A stretch of 63,986 nucleotides of DNA, counting the filler, from an uncultured bacterium (lineage in GTDB: Bacteria; DAOPZR01): NCBI GenBank assembly GCA_964637655.1. It is 5 parts of 5 records of this genome, joined end to end, with 100 filler letters (N's around TTAATTAATTAA, not from the genome) between each part and the next. Parts side by side here need not be neighbours in the genome. Positions count along the whole stretch, not along the records: positions 26,991 to 40,207 come from CAZWUZ010000085.1; 4 more parts are not named here. One strand, given 5' to 3'. A model generated the notes under the pieces. It saw only the letters and a program-made list of their open reading frames with translations. It was not told the DNA's origin and searched no databases. This document shows positions 29,686 through 38,629 of this stretch, piece by piece. Positions within the stretch are counted from its first letter, which is position 1, and the number at the start of each line of letters is the position of its first letter. The position numbers and the translations under genes were made by a program.

Positions 29686-32325
29686 GTGATGGTGTCCGGC
29701 GGTGTCCCCGGCACGGGGCTCACCTCGCTCGACGCCATCCTGACGGGCGTGCGTCCGGGCGACAATATCGTCTGGCAGATCGATGACGTCGAGGACTACG
29801 CGGCCTTCACCGGGCCGTTCGTGGCGGCGGCGGTGGCGGCCGGCGTCCCGGTCGTCTACGTCCGTTTTGCCGGGCACCGCCCGCTGGTCGACCCGCAGCC
29901 CGGAGTGCGGACCGTCACGGTCGACCCGGCGGCGGGTTTCGAACCGTTCATCACCGGCATCCGCGACGTCATTACGGCGACCGGGCGCGGCGCCGCCTAT
30001 GTCTTCGATGTTCATTCCGAGCTGGCGCGCGACCTGTTCAGCGACCGCATGCTCGGCAATTTCTTCCAGCTCACCTGTCCCTACCTGTACGAACTCGGCA
30101 CGGTCGCCTATTTCGCCGTCTACCGGTCCTATCACTCCTATCATGCCGCGCAGCCGGTCAACGAGACGGCCCAGGTGCTCATCGATGTCTACCGGTTTCG
30201 CGAACAGCTCTATGTCCATCCGCTGAAGGTCGAGGGGAGATTCTCCCCGACCATCTTCACCCTGCAGGCGCGGCGCGGGGATGACTTCGCCCCGGTGCTC
30301 GACAGCACCGACATCGCGGAGGTCATCGCCGCCGCGCCGTGGCCCGGGCTGCAGTCCGCCTCCTACCGGCTGGTCGGGCAGCGCGACCGGCGCTTCATTC
30401 AGGCCGAGGAACTGGTCGAGGGGGTTCGTCGCGGCACCGTGCCGGCCGCGCTGGCGCAGGAAACCTTTCAGCGCCTGCTGCCGCAGATTTTCTCCGATGA
30501 CCGCCCCATCCTCGAACTGGCGGAGCGCTACCTGACGCTCCCCGACCTGATCTACCTCTGGAAGCGGATGATCGGGGGCGGGCGGGTGGGCGGCAAGACG
30601 GCGGGGATGCTCCTTGCGCGGCACATCCTGCTCGCCGCCGACCCGCGCTGGCAGGCCCTGCTCGCCGCGCACGATTCGTTCTTCATCGGCTCGGATGTTT
30701 TCTATACCTTCCTCACGGAGAACGACTGCTGGGAACTGCGCCAGAAACAGAAGCATCCCGCGACATTCCTCGACGATATCGACGAGGCACGGCGGCGGAT
30801 CATGGCCGGCGGCTTCCCCGAGTACATCGTGCGCCGCTTTGCCGACATGCTCGACTACTACGGCCAGGCGCCGATCATCGTCCGCTCCTCGAGTCTGCTC
30901 GAGGATAATTTCGGCAACGCTTTCGCCGGCAAGTACGACAGCGTCTTCTGTCCCAACCAGGGGAGCCGCGAGGAGCGACTCGCCGCGTTCCTCGACGCGG
31001 TGCGGGTCATCTACGCCAGCACGATGAGCGCGGAAGCGCTGACTTACCGCGCCCGCCGCGGCGTGCTCGACCGCGACGAGCAGATGGCGCTGCTCGTCCA
31101 GCGCGTCTCCGGACGTCCCTACGGCCGCTACTTTCTGCCGCAGCTTGCCGGCGTGGCGTTCTCCTTCAATCCCTACGTCTGGAATGATGCCATCGACCCG
31201 CATGCCGGCATGGTGCGCCTGGTGGCCGGACTCGGCACGCGCGCGGTCGACCGTACCGATGACGACTATACCCGGGTGGTCGCGCTGAATGTGCCCGACC
31301 TGCGGCCGGAGGCGGACTTCGACCAGGTGAAGAAGTACGCCCAGCGCCGCGTCGATGTCATCGATCTCGAACACAACCGCTGCGCCGCAGCCTACTTTGT
31401 CGACCTGGCCGCGGCCGCCACCGGCTTCCCGGTGGCGCTGCTGGCGACACTGGATGACGCCCAGGCCGAGGCGGCGCGCGAAAGCGGGCGCGCGCTGCGC
31501 GTGCAGCCGTGGGTGCTCACCTTCGACCGCGCGCTGCACGAGACGCCGCTGCTGGCCGATCTCACGGCGATGCTTGCCACGCTGCGGCAGGCGTACGGGC
31601 GCGAGGTGGATATCGAGTTTGCGGCGAATTTCCGCGACGACGGGAGCTACACCATCAACCTGCTGCAGTGTCGACCGTTCCAGGTGCGCATCGGCATGGC
31701 CACGGATGCCGCGGTCATCCCGGAAAACTGCGCCGAGCGCGTCATCCTGCACGCCCGTGATGCGGTCATCGGGCAGGGGCGCATCATTGCCGTCGACCGT
31801 CTCGTCTACGTCGTGCCTGATGCCTACGGGCACCTGGGCGAGCAGGACCGCTACGCGGTCGCGCGGCTGATCGGGCGGCTGGTGCATGCGGAGCAGAACC
31901 GCACGCTGATGCTCATCGGGCCGGGACGCTGGGGCACCCACATGCCGAGCCTCGGGGTGCCCGTGACGTTCAGTGAGATCAACACCGCCGCGGTCATCTG
32001 CGAGATCGACACCATGCACGAGGGGCTGGTTCCCGACCTGTCGCTCGGCACGCATTTCTTCAACGAGATGGTCGAGCAGGACATGCTCTATCTTGCCTAC
32101 TTCGCCGCCAGGCCGGGCAACCGTATCGACCGCGACTTCCTGCAGCAGGCGCCGAACCGGCTGACCGACCTGCTCCCTGACGCGGCGGCGTGGACGGAAA
32201 CGGTGCGGGTGATCGACGCCGGCAGTGCGCCCGACGCACCGCGGTTCTATCTCAAGGCGGACTCCGTGCAGCGGACCGCCACCCTCTTTGCCGCGTCCGC
32301 CCATGTCTGTGCCTTCAAAACCTGA
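29686..32325 (+). CDS. PEP/pyruvate-binding (PPDK_N/PEP synthase-like ATP-grasp) domain protein
   Basis: VGGKTAGM, IVRSSSLLED...FAGKYDS, GLGTRAV, VDIEFA, LLQCRP; no phospho-His or PEP domain seen. Confidence 0.85.
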   Translation: MMVSGGVPGTGLTSLDAILTGVRPGDNIVWQIDDVEDYAAFTGPFVAAAVAAGVPVVYVRFAGHRPLVDPQPGVRTVTVDPAAGFEPFITGIRDVITATGRGAAYVFDVHSELARDLFSDRMLGNFFQLTCPYLYELGTVAYFAVYRSYHSYHAAQPVNETAQVLIDVYRFREQLYVHPLKVEGRFSPTIFTLQARRGDDFAPVLDSTDIAEVIAAAPWPGLQSASYRLVGQRDRRFIQAEELVEGVRRGTVPAALAQETFQRLLPQIFSDDRPILELAERYLTLPDLIYLWKRMIGGGRVGGKTAGMLLARHILLAADPRWQALLAAHDSFFIGSDVFYTFLTENDCWELRQKQKHPATFLDDIDEARRRIMAGGFPEYIVRRFADMLDYYGQAPIIVRSSSLLEDNFGNAFAGKYDSVFCPNQGSREERLAAFLDAVRVIYASTMSAEALTYRARRGVLDRDEQMALLVQRVSGRPYGRYFLPQLAGVAFSFNPYVWNDAIDPHAGMVRLVAGLGTRAVDRTDDDYTRVVALNVPDLRPEADFDQVKKYAQRRVDVIDLEHNRCAAAYFVDLAAAATGFPVALLATLDDAQAEAARESGRALRVQPWVLTFDRALHETPLLADLTAMLATLRQAYGREVDIEFAANFRDDGSYTINLLQCRPFQVRIGMATDAAVIPENCAERVILHARDAVIGQGRIIAVDRLVYVVPDAYGHLGEQDRYAVARLIGRLVHAEQNRTLMLIGPGRWGTHMPSLGVPVTFSEINTAAVICEIDTMHEGLVPDLSLGTHFFNEMVEQDMLYLAYFAARPGNRIDRDFLQQAPNRLTDLLPDAAAWTETVRVIDAGSAPDAPRFYLKADSVQRTATLFAASAHVCAFKT

Positions 32326-32351
32326 TACCGCGTGATGCCGCGCGGCTGCAG

Positions 32352-33104
32352 TCAGCGCAGGTTGTCACCGTAGAAGAGAAAGTCCCAGTATTTTTTCGTG
32401 CGCAGCAGTCGGCCGGGCATGAAAATGAAACGGAACAGGGTCGGCAGCAGGTGCCAGCGGTTGATGCGGCTGAACTTGCGGGCTGAGGTGAGCAGCGGGA
32501 TCTCCGTCAGCCAGGTCAGGTAGCGCTGGCCGCGGGTTTTCCCGAGCGCCTTGAGCCGCCAGGCAAATTCGAGGTCCTCCGCCGCGTACAGGTTTTCGTT
32601 GAACCCGCCGAGCGTGATGAAGTCGGCGCGCCGCAGGAAGTAGATGCCGCCCCCCAGCTGCAGGATTTTGACCATGAGCGTGAGCGCCAGACAACCGAGC
32701 CGGATGGAGAGGTTGGTTTCGTCCGGAACAATGGCGACGCTGCCGCCGACGATGTCGCCGCGGTGCAGCAGCTCCGCGGCGACGCGCAGCGTGTCGGGAT
32801 GCATGGCGCTGTCGGCATCGACGGTGAGGATGAATTCGCCGCGCGCGGCGGCAGCCCCGGTATTGCGCACCCGCGCGATATTACGGCGCTCTTCGCGCAC
32901 GACGATGCAGCCGCGCTCGCGGGCGATGGCGGCGGTGCGGTCAGTCGAGGCGTTGTCCGCGACGATGATCTCGACGGGGAAGTCGATCCGGGCGCGGGCA
33001 GTGTCGATGGCATCGAGGCCGCGCGGCAGATAGCGCTCCTCGTTGTAGGCGGGGATGACGATGGAGAAGAGGGGGGGCGCCGGTTCAGCCGGAGACGGTT
33101 CCAT
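32352..33104 (-). CDS. Glycosyltransferase family 2
   Basis: SIVIPAYNEE, DNASTD, RNTGA, VDAD, AEDLEF, SARKF. Confidence 0.92.
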   Translation of the reverse strand: MEPSPAEPAPPLFSIVIPAYNEERYLPRGLDAIDTARARIDFPVEIIVADNASTDRTAAIARERGCIVVREERRNIARVRNTGAAAARGEFILTVDADSAMHPDTLRVAAELLHRGDIVGGSVAIVPDETNLSIRLGCLALTLMVKILQLGGGIYFLRRADFITLGGFNENLYAAEDLEFAWRLKALGKTRGQRYLTWLTEIPLLTSARKFSRINRWHLLPTLFRFIFMPGRLLRTKKYWDFLFYGDNLR

Positions 33105-33113
33105 GGCACCGGC

Positions 33114-33176
33114 ATGGTAGCACCGCGGCGGCGGTGGCGTCAACGCGTTGACGTGCGTGCGGGGGGGTGCTACGAT
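33114..33176. promoter_or_regulatory. Back-to-back divergent sigma70 promoters
   Basis: Palindrome CGTCAACGCGTTGACG; + strand TTGACG-17-TACGAT, - strand TTGACG-18-TACCAT, both with extended -10. Confidence 0.65.
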
Positions 33177-33205
33177 GCCGGTGAAACCATGACGGGGAAG
33201 AACCG

Positions 33206-33688
33206 ATGAACACACGATGCTGCGGATGGGGCCTGCTGGCGGGTGTGCTGCTGACGCTGACCGGCTGCGCCACCGTACCGCACGAAAGGACGACAGCCAT
33301 GCGTCAGGAAGTGCTATTCACGGAGGCGGCGCCCCGGCCGATCGGGCCGTACGCGCAGGCGGTGCGCGCGGGGGAATTCCTCTTTCTGTCAGGACAGATC
33401 CCGCTCGACCCGGCGACCGGGGAACTGGTAACCGGGGATGTCGAAACCCAGACGCGGCGCGTGCTTGACAATATGCGGGCGGTACTGCAGGCCGCGGGCA
33501 GCGGGATGGACCGCGTGGTCAAGACGACCATTTTCCTGCAGTCGATGGACGATTTTCCGAAAGTGAACGCGGTGTACGCGGAATACTTCCCCGCCACGCC
33601 ACCCGCCCGGTCGACGGTCGAAGTCTCGCGCCTGCCGAAAAGCGTTGCGGTGGAGATTGAAGCGATTGCGCTGGCGGGCGGCAACTGA
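33206..33688 (+). CDS. RidA/YjgF family protein (alternative start at 33299)
   Basis: [43 protein letters not shown]. Confidence 0.93.
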   Translation: MNTRCCGWGLLAGVLLTLTGCATVPHERTTAMRQEVLFTEAAPRPIGPYAQAVRAGEFLFLSGQIPLDPATGELVTGDVETQTRRVLDNMRAVLQAAGSGMDRVVKTTIFLQSMDDFPKVNAVYAEYFPATPPARSTVEVSRLPKSVAVEIEAIALAGGN

Positions 33689-34755
33689 TGGGTGCCGCGC
33701 GGCTGATCGCAGCGGTTCTGCTGGCGCTGCTGCTCGCGGCCTGCGGCAAACCGGTGCCGCCGGTGGCGACCACGGCGGACACCGTGGCAGCAGCACCGGC
33801 CGCGGTCGCGCCGGAACCCGCCGGCCCCGCGCGGGCCGTCACCAACGAGGCATACCTCGAAGAAGCGCTGGCGGTCATCAACGCGGCACAGTCGGAAATC
33901 GAGGTGGTGCAGTTCGAATTTGTCTACGGGCGCGGCGCGGTGGCGAAACTGCAGCAGGCGCTGGGGGAGGCGGCGGCACGCGGGGTGCAGGTCAGCGTGC
34001 TGCTCGACGAAGAGGTCGAACGCTCGGCGCAGGCGCTGCCGCATCTCGCCCGCCTTGGCATTACCGCGCAACTCGACTCTCCCGACAAGCGCACGCATGT
34101 CAAGCTCATCCTGGCCGACCGGCGGGTCGCGCTCTTCGGCTCGACCAACTGGACCGACCAGTCGATCCTGCGCACCAACGAATCGAATATCCGCATCAAC
34201 GACCCGGTGCTCGGGGCGGCGCTGCATGCCTACGTGCGCGGCCTGTGGGAACGTCCGGAAGCGAACGCCTCACCGGAGACAGCGGCGAGCGGCGGGCTGA
34301 CGCTGCTCTTCGACCGCGCCTATGAGCCGGAGGCGAAAGCGCTGCTGCGGACGGCGCAGCGCATCGAGCTGCAGCTCTACGGGGTGCGCTACTACGCCGA
34401 CCAGCAGGCCAGCCCGTCGAGCGCACTGGTGACCCTGGTGGCGGACGCGGCGCGGCGCGGGGTGCCGGTGCGCGCCATCATCGAGGAATCGGATTTTAGC
34501 GAGATGACCAACCGCTTCAACGGCGAGGTGGTTGACCTGTTCCGGCAGGCGGGCGTGACGGTGCGACGCGACCCGTTCGACCGCACGTCGCACAGCAAGA
34601 TGCTGCTGACCGACCGCGCGGTCATCATCGGCTCCACCAACTGGGGCTACGGGGCCATGCGCGAATACCATGAACTGAACGTGCTGATCACGGATCCGGC
34701 GGTTGCTGACGGGTTCCGGCAGTACTACGAGACACTGTGGCGTGACGCCCGGTGA
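33688..34755 (+). CDS. Phospholipase D-family lipoprotein
   Basis: Lipobox LLAAC; two HKD motifs (HVKLILAD..GSTNW and HSKMLLTD..GSTNW). Confidence 0.9.
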   Translation: MGAARLIAAVLLALLLAACGKPVPPVATTADTVAAAPAAVAPEPAGPARAVTNEAYLEEALAVINAAQSEIEVVQFEFVYGRGAVAKLQQALGEAAARGVQVSVLLDEEVERSAQALPHLARLGITAQLDSPDKRTHVKLILADRRVALFGSTNWTDQSILRTNESNIRINDPVLGAALHAYVRGLWERPEANASPETAASGGLTLLFDRAYEPEAKALLRTAQRIELQLYGVRYYADQQASPSSALVTLVADAARRGVPVRAIIEESDFSEMTNRFNGEVVDLFRQAGVTVRRDPFDRTSHSKMLLTDRAVIIGSTNWGYGAMREYHELNVLITDPAVADGFRQYYETLWRDAR

Positions 34756-34766
34756 CGGAGGATGGC

Positions 34767-35057
34767 ATGGCCGCACGTGACCTGAAGGCGGAAATCATCG
34801 CGGTGGCAGCGGCGGATGCCGCGTTCCGCGAGCAGTTGCTGCGTGATCCGCGCGCGGCCATCAGCGCGCGCTTCGGGGTGACCGTACCGCCGGCACTGCG
34901 TATTGACGTGGTGGAGGATACCGCGGAGCGGGTAACCATTCCCCTGCCGCTGCGGCGCGACGTGCTGCCGGAGGGCATGCTCGAGGCGGTGGCCGGCGGC
35001 ACGGGGTGCACGAACGACCAGCCCAACGGGCTCGGGGCCCAGGGCCCGGTCAGCTGA
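34767..35057 (+). CDS. NHLP-leader RiPP precursor peptide A1
   Basis: D-AFR--LL-DPRAA...IDVVEDT...LP...LEAVAGG leader (78 aa) plus core TGCTNDQPNGLGAQGPVS; GGAGG SD. Confidence 0.92.
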   Translation: MAARDLKAEIIAVAAADAAFREQLLRDPRAAISARFGVTVPPALRIDVVEDTAERVTIPLPLRRDVLPEGMLEAVAGGTGCTNDQPNGLGAQGPVS

Positions 35058-35078
35058 AGCCGGCGGGGGAGGAAGGTC

Positions 35079-35369
35079 ATGGCACGACGTGATCTGAAAA
35101 CGGAAATCATCGCAGCAGCAGCGACTGATGACGCGTTCCGCGCGGAACTGTTGCGCGACCCGCGTGCGGCAATCAGCGCGCGCTTCGGGGCAACCGTGCC
35201 GCCGGCACTGCGCATCGACGTGGTGGAGGATACCGCGGAGCGCGTCACCATCGCCCTGCCGCTGCGTCGCGACGAACTGCCGGAGGGCATGCTCGACGCG
35301 GTGGCCGGCGGCACCGGCTGCGGCGTTGGCAGCGTGATCGGCCTCATGTCGCCTGGCCCGATCAGCTGA
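35079..35369 (+). CDS. NHLP-leader RiPP precursor peptide A2
   Basis: Leader 67/78 identical to A1 by manual count, ending LDAVAGG; core TGCGVGSVIGLMSPGPIS; GGAGG SD. Confidence 0.92.
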   Translation: MARRDLKTEIIAAAATDDAFRAELLRDPRAAISARFGATVPPALRIDVVEDTAERVTIALPLRRDELPEGMLDAVAGGTGCGVGSVIGLMSPGPIS

Positions 35370-35377
35370 CCGCGCGC

Positions 35378-36826
35378 ATGCCCGAACAGGCGGTAGCCGG
35401 ACTGGCCAACAGCACCGTCTCGTGGATCATCACTGCCCGTTGCCAGAACCGCTGCCGCCACTGTTACATCTTCAACGAATCGACCTACGCCAGCGAACTC
35501 GCGGGCGAACTTGATTATGCCGGCCTGCTGCGGGTGCTCGACAGCATCCTTGCGTTCGAGAAAAAGTATCGCACGCGCTTTGCCACCTTCGTGCTTGGCG
35601 GCGGCGACCCGCTGCTGCATCCCGCCTGGTTCGATCTGGCGCAGCACCTGCACGGACTGGGGCGTGACCTTGCCGTTATCGGCAACCCGGAAACGCTGAC
35701 GGACGACAATCTCGACCGGCTGGCGGCGGCCGGGGTGGCGACGTTCCAACTGAGCATCGACGGCCTGGAAGCCGCGCATGACGAATTGCGCCAGGACGGC
35801 AGTTTCCGGCGCACGCTGGCGGCCATTCCCCGCCTCAAGGCGCACGGCATCAAAACCGGGCTGATGTTCACCCTGTCAGAACGCAACCGCGACGACCTGT
35901 TCCCGCTGATTGATTTTCTCGCGGCGGAAACGGCAGCCGACTCCTTTGCCTTCGACCTCTGCTGTCCGACGGGCAACGGGCGGGAGTTGACGGTCGGACT
36001 CGCTCCGGATGAGGTGGATGCCTGCTGTCGCCGCTACCTGCAGCGCAAGGATGAACTGCGTGCCGCCGGCAGCGCACTGCATCTGGCCGAGCGGCCGACC
36101 GCATTGCGCCTGGCGCGTTTCGCGCGCGGCGAGTTCCATCCGGTGGGGAGCGACGTGCTGGGTGCGGTTTCCGGCTGTGTCTGCGGCTGGGCTCCGCCGC
36201 CCATCCTCGCTGACGGCACCGTCATCCCCTGCCGGCGTATCCCCATTCCGCTGGGGCGCATTCCGGAACAGTCGTTCGAGGAGATATTCCTCGGGCACGA
36301 ACTGCTGCGGCGGTTCCGCCGGCGCGAATCGTACGCGGTGTGCGGCAGTTGTGATCTGTACGCGGTCTGCCGCGGCTGCCCGGGCTTCGCGTACGGGGCG
36401 ACGGGCGATCCGTTTGCCGCCAACCCGCACTGCTATCGCGACCACTTGCCGGCGACGACAGCGCCGGTGCCCTGCCCGACGCTGGCACTGCCGCTGGATG
36501 CCGCGCCGGCGGAGGAGTTCGCGCTGGTAGCCAGCCATTTCGGCAGCTACCTGCCCGCGCATCGTAACGAACTGCTGTGGCATCCCGCGGTACTGTCGCT
36601 GCTGGTGACCCTGGGGAGCGACGCGGTGCGGCGCCGGGAATTCCTGCGCGATCCGCGGGCGTACGGCGCGGCGCACGGGGTGGTGCTTACTGACCTGCAG
36701 CTGACGATGGTGGTGCATCTGTTGCAGGGGGTGGCGATGGGGTGGCTGCGGGCGGAAGACCTGCAGGCGCTGGCGGCGTATCAGTTTGCCGTGGTCGACG
36801 TTGACCGTAGTGGGGAGCGGTGTTAG
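35378..36826 (+). CDS. Radical SAM/SPASM peptide maturase
   Basis: CQNRCRHC, GGDPL, SIDG; SPASM GCVCG...GTVIPC...CGSCDLYAVCRGC...C; starts 8 nt after precursor A2. Confidence 0.9.
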   Translation: MPEQAVAGLANSTVSWIITARCQNRCRHCYIFNESTYASELAGELDYAGLLRVLDSILAFEKKYRTRFATFVLGGGDPLLHPAWFDLAQHLHGLGRDLAVIGNPETLTDDNLDRLAAAGVATFQLSIDGLEAAHDELRQDGSFRRTLAAIPRLKAHGIKTGLMFTLSERNRDDLFPLIDFLAAETAADSFAFDLCCPTGNGRELTVGLAPDEVDACCRRYLQRKDELRAAGSALHLAERPTALRLARFARGEFHPVGSDVLGAVSGCVCGWAPPPILADGTVIPCRRIPIPLGRIPEQSFEEIFLGHELLRRFRRRESYAVCGSCDLYAVCRGCPGFAYGATGDPFAANPHCYRDHLPATTAPVPCPTLALPLDAAPAEEFALVASHFGSYLPAHRNELLWHPAVLSLLVTLGSDAVRRREFLRDPRAYGAAHGVVLTDLQLTMVVHLLQGVAMGWLRAEDLQALAAYQFAVVDVDRSGERC

Positions 36827-36865
36827 GATGCAGAACAACGCGGTCACAGGTGCGGTGGAGGACTG

Positions 36866-37708
36866 ATGGCTGATTCCTGTCGCGAGGTCATCCGGGTCGA
36901 AGACCTGCAGGTGCAGTTTGGCGGCAAGCAGGTGCTGCGCGGCATCGACATGACCGTGTGCGAGGGGCAGAACTACGTCCTCATGGGCGGCTCGGGTTGC
37001 GGCAAGTCGGTGCTGATGAAGAATATCCTGCGCCTGCTGCGCCCCGACGCGGGACGCATCCTGCTGTGGGGCACCGACATCGCCACGCTCAGTGACGACG
37101 AGATGGACGCCCTGCGCCGGAAGATCTCCTACGTGTTCCAGGACGGGGCGCTGCTCAGCAACCTGACGGTGGCGGGTAATGTCGGCTTCGCCCTGCGCGA
37201 GCATACGCACCTGACCCCGGCGGAAATCGCGCGGCGGGTCGACGAAAAACTCGAGTGGGTCAACCTTGCGGGAACGCAGCACCTGCTGCCGTCGGAACTC
37301 TCCGGGGGCATGCGCAAGCGGGTGGCCATCGCCCGCGCCCTGGCGACGGAACCGGACCTGATCTTCTACGACGAGCCGACGACCGGGATGGACCCGCCGC
37401 TGTCAGACACCCTCGACCAGCTCATCTACGACCTCAACCGGCGGCTCAAGTGCACCTCGGTGACCATCACGCATGACCCGGTGGCGGCGTTCTATTTCGG
37501 GAACCGTTTCGGCATGATTCACGCGGGGAAGATGCGCTTCGAGGGGACGCTCGACGAACTGCGCGAGTGCGACGACCGCCATGTGGTCGAGTTCATCACC
37601 CGCCGCCTGCATCCCGACGACCGCCGCCGCCACTACATCACCGGCCTGACCGGGCGCCCCGGCAAACCGTCCTGGCGCCGGGCAGGCGAATCCACCCCGC
37701 CCGCCTGA
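36866..37708 (+). CDS. ABC transporter ATP-binding protein, MlaF/Mkl-like
   Basis: GGSGCGKS, ELSGGMRKRVAIARA, YDEPTTGMDP, ITHD. Confidence 0.9.
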   Translation: MADSCREVIRVEDLQVQFGGKQVLRGIDMTVCEGQNYVLMGGSGCGKSVLMKNILRLLRPDAGRILLWGTDIATLSDDEMDALRRKISYVFQDGALLSNLTVAGNVGFALREHTHLTPAEIARRVDEKLEWVNLAGTQHLLPSELSGGMRKRVAIARALATEPDLIFYDEPTTGMDPPLSDTLDQLIYDLNRRLKCTSVTITHDPVAAFYFGNRFGMIHAGKMRFEGTLDELRECDDRHVVEFITRRLHPDDRRRHYITGLTGRPGKPSWRRAGESTPPA

Positions 37709-38623
37709 TTACTGTTTTACGCAGCGGACCGCGGGGAGCAGCGCCGCGGCCGCGGCGGGTGCCGCGCAGGCGATGTCCCAGGCCGCGGCGGAAGCGGCAG
37801 CGAGCGCGGCGGCGGCGGTCAGGGTAGGCGGCAGTTCCTGCCCTTCGCTGAGCCCGTACAGCAGCGCCGCACTGAGCACATCACCACAACCGATGGCATT
37901 GATTTCGCCGACGGGCGGCGGTGTCACCTGCCACACGGCATCTGCCGTTGCCGCATACCACGGCCCGGGCCCGTCGGTAACGACGGCGAGCAGCCGGGCC
38001 TTCCCGGCGAGTTCGCGGGCGGCATCTGACGGCACGGCGGCAGCGAAGGTCCGGGCATATTCCTCGCGATTGCACTTGATGATGTCGGGCTGCGCGGCGA
38101 GCGCCGCGCGCAGCGGGGCGCCGCAGGCGTCGATGAGGACGCGTGCCCCGCGCGCCTGCGCTGTTGCGGTGAGCGCGGCATAAACCGTATCGGGACAATC
38201 GCGCGGCAGCGTGCCGCACAGCGCCAGCCAGTCACCTTCATTGAGCAGTTCGTCCACCATCGCCATCAGCGCTGCGATTTCGGCCACGGTCACTGCCGGG
38301 GGCGGCTCGAAGACCGCGGTGGCGGGTGCGTCCGCCGTGCGCAGTGTCCACCCCTCGCGCGTCTCCGCGGCGATGCTGACGAAACGGTGCGGGATGCGGT
38401 CGCGGTCGCAACAGGCGCGCACGCGCTCGCCTGTCGCGCCGCCGAAAAAGCCGGTGGCGACAGTCGCTGCGCCGAGGTGCACCAGTTGCCGGGCGACGTT
38501 GATGCCCTTGCCCCCGGCAACTTCCGTGACTGCGGTGGCGCGGTTGATGCCGCCCGCCTGCAGCGACGGCAGGTCGAGCGTCTTGTCGAGCATCGGGTTG
38601 GGCGTGACGGTAACGATGCGCAT
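37709..38623 (-). CDS. 1-phosphofructokinase-family hexose kinase (PfkB)
   Basis: TVTPNPMLD, GGKGINVA, IKCNREE, NAIGCGD. Confidence 0.9.
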   Translation of the reverse strand: MRIVTVTPNPMLDKTLDLPSLQAGGINRATAVTEVAGGKGINVARQLVHLGAATVATGFFGGATGERVRACCDRDRIPHRFVSIAAETREGWTLRTADAPATAVFEPPPAVTVAEIAALMAMVDELLNEGDWLALCGTLPRDCPDTVYAALTATAQARGARVLIDACGAPLRAALAAQPDIIKCNREEYARTFAAAVPSDAARELAGKARLLAVVTDGPGPWYAATADAVWQVTPPPVGEINAIGCGDVLSAALLYGLSEGQELPPTLTAAAALAAASAAAWDIACAAPAAAAALLPAVRCVKQ

Positions 38624-38629
38624 GGCGGT

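Noticed and set aside
33688-34755. PLD protein as an anti-phage nuclease
   Set aside because: It has a lipoprotein signal and two HKD motifs with no helicase or defence neighbours; an envelope phospholipase or nuclease is more likely.
34767-35369. Nitrile hydratase alpha subunits
   Set aside because: They lack the CxxCSC metal-binding motif, are too short, and end in a double-glycine site plus core.
36866-37708. ABC ATPase as the RiPP exporter
   Set aside because: Its signature (ELSGGMRKRV, YDEPTTG.DP) is MlaF/Mkl-like, with no C39 peptidase or membrane domain.
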